Below, one piece after another: positions 38,670-51,745 of a stretch of DNA of 64,000 nt. The position numbers were made by a program, and so were the translations under genes. The notes under the pieces were generated by a model, which worked only from the letters and a program-made list of their open reading frames with translations, made no database searches and had not been told where the DNA came from. Position 1 is the first letter of the stretch; each line of letters opens with the position of its first letter. Source of the DNA: Camelus dromedarius (Eukaryota); the NCBI RefSeq assembly GCF_036321535.1, contig NC_087436.1, forward strand, positions 23,500,001 through 23,564,000, in the 5' to 3' direction.

Positions 38670-38888
38670 TATTATAGTTTGCCATTAACAAGTCTGTGTT
38701 CATGTTTCTGCCATTTACTATGAAACCAAAAGGCCAAATTACTAAGAATGTTTGACATCAGTTTCTTCCTCTGTCAAAGGCAAATAATAATACTTCAAAG
38801 GTTTCATGATGATTGATGAAATAATAGGCATAAAACATCAACAATAGGGCCTGGCATGCTGTTGGGGCTCAGTAAATGGTGGCTGTTC
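38670..38888 (+). mobile_element. MIR SINE (diverged)
   Basis: tcagtttcttcctctgtcaa...gggcctggcatg...gctcagtaaatgg. Confidence 0.65.
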
Positions 38889-38917
38889 TTTTCAGGCCCT
38901 GATGGCCTGGGGCCTGG

Positions 38918-39128
38918 CAGAGCTGTCCCCTAGAAGTTTCCATGGTGGAAGAAATGCCCCATGTCCGGGTTGCCCAGTGTAATGGCCTCTAGCCACTTGT
39001 GGCTATTGAGCACTTGAAAGGTAGCTAGTGCAACCGAAGAACTAAACTTTTAATTTCATTTAATTTTAATTATTTTTCGTTAAAATATCCACACATGGCT
39101 TGTGGTTAGTGTGTTGAGCGGTGTGGAC
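38918..39128 (+). mobile_element. MER3 (hAT-Charlie)
   Basis: tagccacttgtggctattgagcacttgaaaggtagctagtgcaaccgaagaactaaacttttaattt. Confidence 0.85.
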
Positions 39129-39631
39129 TGGGTTGTTCAGGCCTCATCCTGTCTCTCCATGTCCTGTCTGTGCTCATACCACATCCACCTTGCTGACCAC
39201 TGGTATCTCTGTCTACCAGGGGTTGGACGAAAATGAAGAGAGGGTGTAAAACCCAACTTTAGCAGGTTGGTGTTGTGGCATAATAGAAAGAAGAAAAGTC
39301 AGTGAGTCTACGGAGACCATCCCATTCCAGCTTTGCTAGCTTTTCTTGGGCAAGTTGCTCACCCTCCTCTTCAGAAGGAAACAGTTGATACTGACATGAC
39401 ATCAAAGCTCCCACCCATCATATGATCACCAAGGGCAGAGCATAAAAAATATCACACAAACTTAGATTATTTTTTAGGTGCTGTGGGTTGCATTTAGTTG
39501 TGTTTAGTATCTCCCAAATTTAAAGGTAGTGTGTTTAAGTCTTGGCATATATACTAATATAAGTGAGTAGACAGAGATAAAAGAAATTGAGGCCAAGGAG
39601 AAATTAACCTTGGGGCAAAGGAAAAGGACTT

Positions 39632-39637
<6 letters not shown>

Positions 39638-39662
<25 letters not shown>
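39638..39662. repeat. Poly(A) run of about 25 nt
   Basis: Mononucleotide run with no recognisable retroposon body in front of it. Confidence 0.9.
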
Positions 39663-41497
39663 GAACAGATGTCCTGTGGGAGCAGAGAGCTCCTGCCATA
39701 TCCTTATGCAGATACGTGGCCTTCCAGCAGCCTGGGTGAGAGTGGAGCTGGGGAACATTTGATTGGTAAAGACTTTGGATACATGAACCCATAATATGAT
39801 TCATTGTCTCCAGCTGAGTACAAAGCGGAATGGAAGTTCTGCAGAACAAATCTCCTGGAATCCACCTGGGTGGAAAGACCACAGGACAAGGAGGCTAGAG
39901 ACCCATGTTCCTTCTCTGGCTCTGTGGCTAACCAGCTGGGTGACCACACTTAATCTGGCTAAACTCTGGGCCACAGTTTAATCACCCATGCAGTGAATTG
40001 GTTGGACTCTACTCCTACAAGTGTGGAAAACCTGTGATCATGCTCAGAAAGCCCTAGAAATCTCAAAGATGCTTCTCTTTGCCAGGAGCCAAAAGTGTGA
40101 GAAATTACAGCAGCTCAACCAGAAAACAACCCCCTCCCCCAGCACGCACCTATGTACACATATTGTTTATTTGGGAAAGATTGAGGCCACACTCTATTGG
40201 ATATGTATCCTCACTCCTGATCTGAAGCAACTACTTATGAACCATAGGTGATGAGATCCCACCTGGTTATAAGCATAATTCTGACTGATTAGCCTCGGCA
40301 GTACCCAAAGAGTTTTCTGGATTTTTTTTAAAGAGACAGAGCACAGTAATTCCTCAGACTATTAGGGTGGTGGTGGTTGTGTGTATGTGTGTGAAGGCCA
40401 AGTGAGAAACCTCACCAGCTGCTTCCATCAGTGGTGAAATAGTTGTCATTTAGGATGATCTGGTTAAGAGCAGGAAAAGGCAACAGTGCCATTCAGGATA
40501 GGAAAACCAGTGGCTAAAGGTAACTACCCAGGATAATTGGGTTTATTAATCTATCTGACTTTAAATCATCTTTCCTCTACCATTTTTATAGTCTGTAAGT
40601 CTACAAATTGTTTTGAAACTCAGCCCCTCCTCCTCTGCCTCTGTCCCAAGGCTGCTGCATGATAAATAGCCCTCCCTTCTCTCCCCCCCCCCCCCCGCCA
40701 CTTCTTCCCACATTCCTCTCCAGCCATGTCAATTCCTTCCTGAGACTAGGGTAGGAGTCTTTACTCAACAGTCTCTACTTGCCTGGACCTTGTGTCTAAC
40801 TTCGGAAAGAACTGGTTTTAGAGAACACTCAGGGAGGGAGTGATTCCTATAGACATACCTTTCTCAGACCAGATGTCCCCTGGAGGCAGTCCTAGCTGGA
40901 CATTGAACCCTGATAACATTTGAATGAAAGTGTAGAGGCTGTAAAGCAAAGCAAGTCCACTTTCCATATTAAGTCCTGCTGCTTCTCGGCTTTGCTGAGT
41001 CCTCTGGCCCCCAGGTTAGTTACAATGAACATAAGAACAACCTTCCTAGCAGTTTCTGTGTCCTGGTGACAGCCTGTCCCTCTGACCTCCCTGGTCAGGA
41101 GAGGATCCTTCTCTTCTGTTGGGGCCCTTACAACCAAATGTATGGCTCTTTTATTAAGTTGCCAGGTCCTGAAAGTGAGGGAGGAAACAAGTGGCCTGCT
41201 TTGCCTACAGTTTCAGTTTAGGAAACAGGGAAGTGGAAGAATTTATCCACGGTCCTTCTCTGCTAAAATATTGCAAAATTCCTCAGCCACCATTGAGAAG
41301 AAACCTCCCTACTTCAAGCCTAGATTTCTGGTACCCTAAGGCTAGAAGGGATTTCTAGATGATGAAAACTTCTATTGATAGGGAAGGGGACCTGGGGAGA
41401 GAGAGTAAATAACAGGCCCAAAAGATTACACATTGCAGAGCTAGTCTGGAGAACCCCACAGAGGGCGGATGGATCACCGATTTCCCCAGATCTCACT

Positions 41498-41566
41498 ACA
41501 CACACACACACACACTCTCACTCACTCACTCACTCACACTCTCCTCTCTCTCAGTCTCTTTCTCTC
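41498..41566. repeat. Compound (CA)n(CTCA)n(CT)n microsatellite
   Basis: acacacacacacacacactctcactcactcactcactcacactctcctctctctc. Confidence 0.9.
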
Positions 41567-41794
41567 CTTGACCATCTTCAAAAGGGACCTTCGGTGGGCC
41601 TGGAAAAAAAACAGTAAATCTCTCAGAGAGATAAAGAAGATTGGCAACCTTGTGTCAGCTTCCCTTTCTTTCTTTCAAGATACTCAGTATTTCACTTTGC
41701 CCAGGAAATAGAGAAGAAGAAAAGAGAATCAGATATTGTTATAAAGAAGACAAAGCAAGTAAAGAAATCTGCTTTTTAAGGAAAAGTGCTTGCT

Positions 41795-41825
41795 TGTGTG
41801 TGTGTGTGTGTGTGTTTGTGTGTGT
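41795..41825. repeat. Interrupted (TG)n
   Basis: Direct read. Confidence 0.9.
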
Positions 41826-42626
41826 CCAGGGCCATGTATTTTTTGGAGTAAGCTATATAAAAATGTAAGCGGCCTTTTCATTAAGTGAAACACAGAGAAC
41901 AAGGCCTTCTTTACCTGTTCCAGTCCTTAAAAACCCTAAAAATCAATGTGAGGATAAGTGATTCACTCTGCCTCAGATCCCGGGGCTCTGCTCTGCCCTC
42001 TATCCTACAGAATATTCTCTATTCTGTTTCCTTTAGGCTTCTTTTGGCGTATCTCTCTTCCATTATTAGTCATTCTAATAAACACTTCTAATAAACACAA
42101 ATCCAGGATGCTGCTTTTGGGCTCTTGTGCTGTCTTTATCAAAGGCTGATACCTGCATTAACTTTGTCATCTGTCCTGAAGAAACCCAGCTGAGGTCCTT
42201 AACATATTCTGTTGCAAGCCATGATATAATGTATGTATTTCGTGTACATTCTCTTGTTAAATGGAATCTGCATTCCTAAGTGAACTAAAAATGCTTAATT
42301 ATTAATAAGTCCCTGAGGGATTGGTGACATTTGGGATGATTTTATCATGCTGCAGATATTTAACAACATAATGTGTATGGTGGTAGTTAATTCAACCCCT
42401 TTTGTTTAAAAGAACGTTCCTTCCCAATTCGTTTTGACTTCTCTGCCATGGGGATTAGTCCCTGAATATCCAGCCCCAGGTGGAGGCAAAGGGGAGTCCT
42501 GAGGAATGGGGTGGGATTGAAGCTGGGGCAGTGCAGGGAAGACCAGGAAGAGGCCCCAAGGAGCTGCCTCCTGGGAGTTGGAATTGGTTTGGGGTAGACT
42601 GCAAATGAGGTGCTTCTATTCAGGTA

Positions 42627-42860
42627 GAGGCAGTGGTGGCAATAGATGGAAGTTTCTGGAAGATCTAGGGATCACAGGACTAAGTGCCAGGTTTACGTGT
42701 CACACCAATTTGCTGTGTGACTCTGAGCAAATTACTTAACCTTTCAGAGACAGAGTTTTCCCATATATTTGGCAAGAATAATTACACACCTCTTAGCTAC
42801 CATATTGAATTGTGTGCAGTATATATGAAAGTATTTCCAACAATTAAAGCACTTTATAAG
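42627..42860 (+). mobile_element. MIR SINE
   Basis: ttgctgtgtgactctgagcaaattacttaacctttcagag. Confidence 0.75.
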
Positions 42861-42889
42861 GAATATATTCGAAGATGGTGAAGAAGGAA

Positions 42890-43080
42890 AAAGCATTTAC
42901 TAAGCACCCTCTATGTACCAGGGATTGTGTTCGAAACTTTTACAAACATGAAGCCATTTAATCTTAGTGAAAAAATCTGAGATAGGCCTGATTACCCCAC
43001 TGACAGAGAAGAAATTTGAGGCTCAGAGCTGTTGCCTAAGGTCACAAAGCTAGTGAGTGGTGAAGCCTGCTGGAAAACCT
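42890..43080 (-). mobile_element. MIR SINE
   Basis: catttactaagcaccctctatgtaccagg...tgaggctcagag...cctaaggtcacaaagctagtgagtgg. Confidence 0.85.
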
Positions 43081-43599
43081 AGAGATAAGGTATGAATTTG
43101 AGTACACAATATTTAAAAGGAAAATGGGTCACAACTGCAATTTTTAAGTAGAAATGTTGTCAACCTAAGCATTTAGTTGACTTATACACGATGATATGCA
43201 TTATCACAACGTATGAACATTCACATGAAAATTTCATTATTTTGTCATCAGCTTATTTCTCTGCACAGTTCTGATATTAAAGAAGGAAAATCTCTAAGTA
43301 TAGTGTCAAAAATAGGTTATTAAAAAAAGTAAACATTTAGGTAGTCCTGTTGTTAGATTTATATGATCTTGATCTGTTAGCAGTTGATGGACTGATCACA
43401 GGGGGCTTTCCTCTCATCACTTCCTTGTTTCTGGCACATCACTGTGAGTTTTCACCTCCAGTGGTAACACTCGTCTCTCCTCCGTTTCTGCTCAGGCCCT
43501 GGGCTCTGCGTAGGATGGAGATCCCATTTGCACTCAAATGCTGTGGGTCCTGGTTTTCAGTGTTTGGCCTGGAGATAAAGTTATTGGCTGTTTATGAGA

Positions 43600-43790
43600 G
43601 AGACACAGTGGAGCAGGGTTAGGAGCAAGAGACCAGAAGCCAGTCCATCACCTGCTCCCTCAGTGACCTCGCTTCACCTGTTCATGCTTCAGTTTCTCCA
43701 TCTGTTGGTGAAAGAGTGATACATGATACGTGGCTCTCAGAGTGTCAGAACCATCTTTGTAAAGCCCTGGGAGATGCTAGAAGGGGCCTG
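43600..43790 (+). mobile_element. MIR SINE (diverged)
   Basis: gcttcacctg..gcttcagtttctccatctgt...tgtaaagccct. Confidence 0.55.
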
Positions 43791-44100
43791 AAAGACTTCA
43801 TGCTTCCCTTTACGTGGTAAAATAAAACCCCATCCCATGGGTGAAAAATTACAGAACGTATATTTTTTAAATGAGAAGATGATCTTACACCTGAAAAAGG
43901 CCTTGCGTGTCTTTATCAGTGGCTGCTGTACCATGAACCTCAGGTCAAAGGTAGGACCTAAATATTTGTTTAAATAATAAACGAATAAGCCTAAGCGTGT
44001 ACAAGATGCACATGTGGCTGCTGTCATTCATACTAGTTTACTCTCCTACTACAAAATGGATTTCTATTACTTTTAACATTCTCAGAGTCCTTGTTCTCAC

Positions 44101-44108
44101 CGCGCGCG

Positions 44109-44163
<55 letters not shown>
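44101..44163. repeat. (CG)8(CA)23 alternating purine-pyrimidine tract
   Basis: Direct read; adjacent to an antisense MIR piece at 44190-44320. Confidence 0.97.
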
Positions 44164-44165
<2 letters not shown>

Positions 44166-47100
44166 CCTCATGGTAGATTAGCAGCAAGATGGGATCATCA
44201 CCCCTATTTTATAGATGAGAAAACTCAAACCAGGAGAAGTAAATGGATTGCCAAGTCCACACGGATAATTAAGGACAGAGTTAGGAAAATAATCTGTCTC
44301 CTGTCTCAAAATCTGGTGCTTAATCCTCTCGACTTCATTTTTTTATAATCCTGAAGACCAAACTTTTTTCTCTTTCTGTTCTTGTACATCTTTGTTCTCC
44401 ACTTACCGACAGGACAGGTCTGTCGGTGCCTTCTTCCACTCCTCCTCTGGGAACGGAGCCCTCTAAAGCAACACATCCCTGATGTCCTCGAGCAAGGTCT
44501 GCGGTAAAGTGAAAGCTCAGACATGACTGTTCGCTTGTTAAGCTTGTTTCTCTTTGCAAGCCCCAAGAAAAACCTGCCCCAAATCACATTACCCAGGCTC
44601 TGTGATCTCCCAGCTGCTCTAAGTGGAGGAGCCAGTCGAGCTGCACAAGTTATATTCAGGCTGTAATAGCTGCGTCGTGATGCTCTCACAGACACGCATT
44701 TGCTTTGTATGTGCTTCTAAAGTGTACCCAGGCTTACGCACCAGAAGGACGAGCGTGGGTTGAGCACCAAAGAGCACTTTAAACTGGTATTCTTTTCCCT
44801 TCCTTTGGGGAATTAAATTGCAAAGATTATCAGGGACTGATGAAGAAGCAGAAAAGCCGCAGCTGATGAGGCACTAACCCCATTTTTAACACACATTCAA
44901 GAGTGACTAGTACTCTGCATGCTCCTTGCCAATCCAGGTAGCTTCAAAATTCCTTCCAAGGATGAACCTTCCCGCCCCCATCCCCGTGCCCAGTATCACT
45001 CTGCAAAAAAGTTCTACTGAGATTTTTAAACAGGGAGACAAAGGAGGCTGCAAAGGGGAACCCCAGCATGATGGATAGACGGTTGGCCCGCTGCTGCTGC
45101 TGCCCAAGGTCTGGCTGCTGAAGCTCAGATGGAGAGGATGGGCCCTCTCGAAGATGCTGCTGTCTTCCCCACTTTACCTGCTACTGCCAGGGCCAGCATC
45201 CCTGAGAAGTTGCCCTGTAAAATGAGCAGCTACTTTTCAATAGTAGGCTCCCAGCTGCTCCCCACCTCTGTGGCTGCTGTTGGACCCAACAGAGCCAGCC
45301 TGGCTCGGCTCTCCCTGCTGAAGACCTATTGGGAGCTCAAGCTGGAAGGCACAGGTGGGCAGAAGCAATGTGGGTAGCCTGGGTGGCATGCCTGCCCCAC
45401 CTGCAGAGTCTCCTCCAGCTTTGGGTTGATGGGGTGAGCAATTTGAGGGTTGGGTGTTCTTCCCAAACATCTGTCTCCCCTCCTTTTCCTGTATAGCCCG
45501 TGCCCCTTCACCCACCCTAAAGCCCTGCCTGGAAACAGAACACTGCAGCTGGCCCTGCCCCCAGGAGCCAGAAGGGCCAGGTCTGGCTCGGAGCCAGGCT
45601 CTGAAGAACTGGCAGAGGGCAGAGAGAGGCAATGGGTGGGGCATGCGTTACACATTCAAAGCCTAATTTTGGATCAGTCATACTTGTAGCCAAGCCTTAA
45701 AGATCACTGAGGCCCCAAGATGAACCCACAGCTTGGAGGTGGGTCCTGGGTGAATCCTCAGCTCTCGTGCCCACACACTGCTCTCCTTAGTTAGAGAGGC
45801 TCAGTCAGGCTTGTTTGGATTTTCACTGGTGGTTTTTTTTAAAGCAACATCAATTGTCTCTCTGCCTGGCACTAGCTGAGGGCAGGGTGCATGTCCCACC
45901 CTCATCTCGCTGTCCACGTTCACAAGACTGCCCCCGCTGAGATGCTGACCGGAAGCCGGGGTCTCATGCCCCTGCCCCCCAGGTTAGGCCTAGGACATGC
46001 CATCCTGCTTTGAGGTGGCACCAGCACAGACAATAGGCCAACAGGGAGAGGGCAGCCACAGGTGATGGAGCGGGTGCCTTCCTCTGAACAGTAAAAATGA
46101 CCCTCTCTGACATGAAAGAGAGAAGAGACAGCTGGCCTCTGGGAGCTACAGGAGCAAGAAGGGAGGGCTGCTCTCGCTTCTTCCAAGGGTGTGGGCACTT
46201 CCTTCAGAGGATTGGCGGCTGCCAAGAGCAGGCTGTTGCCTCCCTGGAACTCCGGGTATCAGGATGCTTGTTTGCAGAGCTGGCCGGCCAGCAGCCTGGA
46301 GCAGCTGGTTGTAATTATGCGTTGCAGCTTCAGAGGAAGTTGCTGGCTGTGGGAGCGTGTGCTGGGCCTGGCTGCACACTGGCTGCTGGGCTTAAGGGAA
46401 CAATGGAGATGGAAACCAGTGGCAGCAGGGGAAGGGGAGGAGCAGGACAAGGGTGAAGACAGGCAGAAAGAAAGGGCACAAGCTGCTCCCACCGCTCCCT
46501 GGGCTGAATACGGAGAAACCCGTGTCTGCACACCAAGGACCCCAGCTCTTGTTCCCAGACTTAAAACCAAAGTCTGTGCCCCTGAACAGCCTTCTGACTT
46601 TTTTTTCCAAAGCTGTACCTGCTGAACGCTGGATTTCGAGAAATGTGCCTGGCTGACATATTGAATAGCACTCCTCAGCTGTTTAATCTAAATTGACTGC
46701 ATCTTTGTAGCAGCTGGCCACAGGGAAAAACAAAAGAATTCATGATGAAAAAGGCAAATCTCTCCTGACTAGCAAGTGCTGCAGCCAGAGCAGCCGCTGT
46801 TAAACATTTCGGTACCATCCTTAACACCGTGCCCAGATGCGGACATCGGGGGGAAAGGAAAAACGGCAACTTTACAGAAGTGAAATGTGGGTTAATTTAC
46901 AGGGTTTTTTTTTTCTCCCAGAAGGAGAAAAACTTATTAATGTCTGGTTCTTTATACTTTCCAAGATTTCTCTGGTGTTTCCTAATTAGAAGGTAGATGG
47001 GAAATGAACCTAGGGGAGCAAGTGGGGAAAAGGAGCGGGGGGACTGTCTTCCTGCTGCTGTTTGGAGCCCCCAGCCTCACACCAGCAGGGATCTCCCCTC

Positions 47101-47809
47101 ACACATACAGAAGCTCCCATCCATGTTTCTCCCATTTCTCGGCATTTCCTTCCTCCCTTCCATCAGGAGGTTGCCTGCAGCATTCACAGGGCTTGGAGTC
47201 CCCCAACAAAGTATTCAAAATCCTGTGTTTTTGCCAGCTCAGGGAACGATTTCAAGGCCCATATCAGACCAGCCCAGTGGACAGGCCTGAGATTCCCGTG
47301 GCCTTGTGATGACCCCTTTCCAGTTGTACAACTCCTGATTTATGTCGCTTTAAAGGGGCGGGTGACTTACCTGGTATAAGGCACCCTTGATGTATAAAAA
47401 TAACAGCCATGCACCATGACATGTGATTGGCTTGGGCTGGTCAATGAGGAGGCAATTTCATTACCTTTCCCCCTTGTCCATTGCTTCGCACACGGTTACT
47501 TGACATGCTATCCATCAGGAGGCGTGAATGCAGGGAAGTGCCAGCCTGTGTGTGGGTATGGCAGCCTTGTTCCTGAGTGATTAATGGAAATGCACGATGA
47601 CACTGTTCTCTTTGGGACTGATTGCTAGAATCTCCTTATTGCCTGGGTGGAGATATTATGGCAACAGGTCAGAAGGATTTTTCCAGTAGGATCCAAGTGA
47701 GCATTATTTTTTCTTCCGTTTCCTCTTTTTCTTCCACATCAGATTCTATATTTTCTAAACACACACAGACACACAGACACATACATACTGTTAATTCTTA
47801 GAGCCATGA

Positions 47810-48008
47810 GTGCCCATACAGTAGCCACTAGCCATTTATGACAATTTAAATTAATTAAAATTAAGTAAAATTGAAAATTCAGTTCTTCAGTCATTCTGAG
47901 AATATTTCAAGTGCTCTGCAGCCAATTGAGGCTGGGGGCTACTGTACTGGACAACACAGAGTTACCGAACATTTCCATCATTGCAGAAATTTCTATCAGA
48001 CAGCCTGT
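47810..48008 (-). mobile_element. MER3 (hAT-Charlie)
   Basis: gtagccactagcca...aaaattcagttcttcagtc...atttcaagtgctc...gaacatttccatcattgcagaaatttcta. Confidence 0.85.
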
Positions 48009-49651
48009 CCTAGAGTATCTATTTGCTCTTATATCTCAAGACTCTCATCCCTTTCACAATCCTTTACCATTAGTTTTTATGAAGGTGACAATTATTTTTT
48101 TCTTTAACTACAACTTAAATCAAACTAATTAGCTCCTTTTAGGCTCTTAAGGGAAAGTTCCCCAGCTGCTGGGCTGGTAAAACCTTCTCAAATAGTTGAA
48201 CAGGGTGTGGCGTCACAGACATTGAAAGGACCTAAAGTCCACAGGATTTTAGTCTCAGGCAGTCTTGACCCTAACCTATTCCTGTGGATAATTTTCCTAG
48301 ACAGTCCTTAATCATCACTAGGAGAAGCTACTGCAAGGCTAAGTGGTGAGTCAAGAAAGATACCAGGGTATCTCCATAAAAATTTGCACAATAACTAGAG
48401 AGTAATAAATCCTTTAGAACTACAAGGTAGACCACACTGCAAGTTCCTGCAGCTAGGCTTTGAAGTTGGGCAGAGATGCACAGAGCAATGAAGCACTTTG
48501 ATGCAGCTGGAAGTACCTTCAAAGCTTCCGGGGGAGAGATTAGACAACTACCTGTAACCGATTGTTCAGGTCTTTGTGTGTGTGTTGGTGGAGGCGGGGC
48601 CTGGACCACACAAAAATTAAACAAACCACAAGCTACGCTGGAAGCACTGTCCCCAAACTACCTACAACCACAGGAAGGATATTGAATTGAACACTTTTGC
48701 TGGAAACTTAAAAATTCCACTCAGAACTTTTATTTACTCCTTTTATTTTCTGATTTAGAACAGAATCTCACTGGCAACTGGTATATCCTCTTGACCTTAA
48801 AATTTTGACATTTCAAATTCTTTTTTTGCAAAATTTCCAAACCTGCTTTATTCTCATCTTTAACTGGCATGATACACTTTGTATCTTATCAACAAGTTAG
48901 ACAGCCTGAATGCAAACTCTATTCTGAGCCTCCTCCAATTTAATTTAAGATGAAAGTGTCCACAGTACAGGCTCCATGACCGTGTTATTACACGCAGATT
49001 CTTAGGGACTTTCATTTGGCTCCATTGTGGTGAGGGTATGGGTGGGTGACGGCACATTCCTGGAAGCAGATGAACAGGATATTACCCAAGTTGCTTTCTT
49101 AGTCCAAGCTACTCTGTCACAAAGCAGCTGTTAGGTGTCACAGCCACAAACCTGGGCTGCCCACTGGCCTGATTTTCCCACTTCTTTCAAGGAATAAATG
49201 TAGACCTGGCCTTGTTCAAAAGTAAAAGCTGAAACAGAGAGGGAGAATAGGAAAGAGACAAGACTCGTCAATCCAGCTCGGGAAGTTTCAGAGGATAGGA
49301 GTTAGAAATGTTTCAGAATACGAGATCCTGGCACTTTCTTTCCAATGCCAGTAGGGAATGTGGGTGGGACTAGGGGAAAGGAGTCCTGCTGAAGTTTCGG
49401 GAAGATCCCGTGGGGGCGGTCTCCTGATCAGGGAGGCAGGGAGACAGTGTGACAAAATTTGCCAGCCTGGATACCAATAAAACCTAGTCCCTTTTCAGCC
49501 TTCTCCCATGCCAGGGGGCAGACCCCGTCTTGGAGGGAATCAGCTCCAGGCCTAAGCAGCACCTCTGACAGGGTGGTTTGGCCCCTTTCAGAGTCGCTGA
49601 GCCTCCTGTGGCAGCGACACATCTGGGGCTACAACTTTCTCACTCGCTCTC

Positions 49652-49841
49652 TTTTTTTAAATTGAAGTCTAGTTGATTTATAAAGTTGTGTTAGTTTCTA
49701 GTATACAGCATACTGATTCAGTTATACATACATACATATATATACACTCTTTCATTATAGGCCATTACAAGCTATTGAATATAGCTCTTTGTGCTGTAGA
49801 GTAGGACCTTGCTGTTATCTATTTTGTATATAATAGTATCT
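49652..49841 (-). mobile_element. Short L1 3' end (cetartiodactyl type)
   Basis: tttttttaaattgaagtctagttgattta...gattcagttatacat. Confidence 0.9.
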
Positions 49842-51529
49842 GGCTCTTCTTACCCTAGAGGCCTCCTCATTCAAGCTGGGAATCAGGCTGGGGGAGGGGG
49901 AGGGGGAAGCTGGACGGTGTCTTCCAGCCCATTGCTGGTGGAAGCAGCCCCACTGTTTCACTCAGAGATCAACAAATGGCACCTTGGTCCTCTGTGAACA
50001 AATCCTCTGGAAGTGGAGCTCCTTCATAATGAAGCTGGCTGTTTTCTTCTTTAAGTCTTCATAAATCATGTGCGCCAGTGCTGGCATGACTCATGTGGCT
50101 CGGCAGCAAAGCTCCTGCTCAGCCACACAGCTGCACGGGACAAAAATACCTCAGTGAATAAAGCATGTTTGTCCTGCAGGGTTTGGGGTATAAATATGAA
50201 ATCAGCAAATATGTTGGGGTTCCCCAGCCTCGCGTTTCTGACTCTCGTAACCCCTTGGCCGCCTCCTCTGTCCCTTCAGCTGCCCCATGTCAGCCTCTTT
50301 CCCCACTTCCTTGCTTTTGTCAAGGAAGAAAAAGGTCTGATCAGGGTCACTGTCATCTACGGATTGTCTGATTCCTTGATGAGAGGAACTTTTGTCTCAG
50401 TGACTTGAGGTCAATGCGGAACCTCAACCAAGCAAGTATACTCAGTCTTTTCATTCTAATGGAAAAATGAAAGACGTCCCCCTTGTAAAAGGACTTGCAA
50501 ATGGATGGGGGCGACCTGGGATGCAGTGAAATCACGGACATGTAACCCCAACACTGAGCTTGCACTTGGTGTGCTTGGGGGCCCTTGTGGGATCAGAAGT
50601 GCCTTCTGTCTCTCCTCTGTGGGTAGTCTGTGTCCTTGCAGAGACTTGTCCAGGCCAAGCTCAGTTCCAGCCCCTCCAGACCTGGTCTGGGGCTGCTGGA
50701 GTGACCGTATCAGGTGGAGTCCATTCTCCTACAGTCCAGGCCACTCCAGCAGGCTTCTTTAAACCTTTTCTCTGGCTAGTGCAGATTCGCCCTGAGGGTC
50801 CCACCCCCTCTTAATCTCCTCTCTATCTCAGAACTTCCAGAATCTTGTTTTCAGGCAACCTACTTATATTCTTTTGGTTAATATTTACTAATTTTTCACC
50901 ATCCCCACTTCTTCTCTGTCCTCTTTGGATGGGTCCTTATGATTTCTGTGTTACCGCTTCATTGGATAATGAAGTTTCTGACACTGAAGTGTGCTGTTGG
51001 AAGGCATTTTGCCTCATTAATGGAGGTATTACTGTAAATGTGGGTCACTTAATATCTGTTAGGTGACATATCTCATTTACCTTCAGACTAGGGTATTGTT
51101 TAATATGTATTTAGGGCTTTGGTTTTAAGAGATGTATTTTTTTAATTAAACACATATTTTGAGTCCTGACATCTGACATGTTTTGCCTATATATAAAGTG
51201 TTTATATAATTTGCCTATCTAAGTTCAGTGAAGTATAAAGTACACTAATGAACGATAGTAAATCACTCCGCACATATAAACCTCTGTTTATTTGTGGCTG
51301 GACCAGAAACAGCCTAAAACTTTTCTAACATACTAAGCACTATTGCTTTCGGATATGCTTACCCCAATATGCAGGATAAATCCTTGCCTTTAGGACAGAT
51401 TTCCAGCCACATTGCTGCTTTGGGGGCTTTAGATGTGGAAAAACCAGGAGAAAGGTGGGAAACAGGACGTTCTCAGTGATCATCCTTTCCCTTTGAACGA
51501 TCCACTGACTTCCTCAGGGAGGCATCACC

Positions 51530-51745
51530 TGATGTGGGGAGAGAGAATGGACTTCAATGTAAAAGGGAACTGGATTTGAATCTATTAGCTTGTGGCCTTG
51601 AATGAGTTGCTTAACCTTTCTAAGCCTCACTTTTCTCAGCTTTAAAAAAGTGGCTGCTGATACATGTTTCCTGCGTAGGCTGTGAAGTGAAAGCACTCGG
51701 CCAGTCTCTGTCTACAAGGGGATTCAATAAATGCCAATTCTCTAT
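51530..51745 (+). mobile_element. MIR SINE
   Basis: tgtggccttgaatgagttgcttaacctttctaagcctcacttttctcagct. Confidence 0.8.

Noticed and set aside
46212..46225. TTGGC-ggct-GCCAA as an NFI palindrome
   Set aside because: Spacer is 4 nt; the canonical NFI site needs 5
45129..46656. Stack of 80-144 aa ORFs on both strands
   Set aside because: Explained by GC-rich composition; no homology I recognise and no consistent splice structure
47306..47338. GTGATGA...CTGA as a box C/D snoRNA
   Set aside because: Only about 30 nt span and no terminal stem; too short
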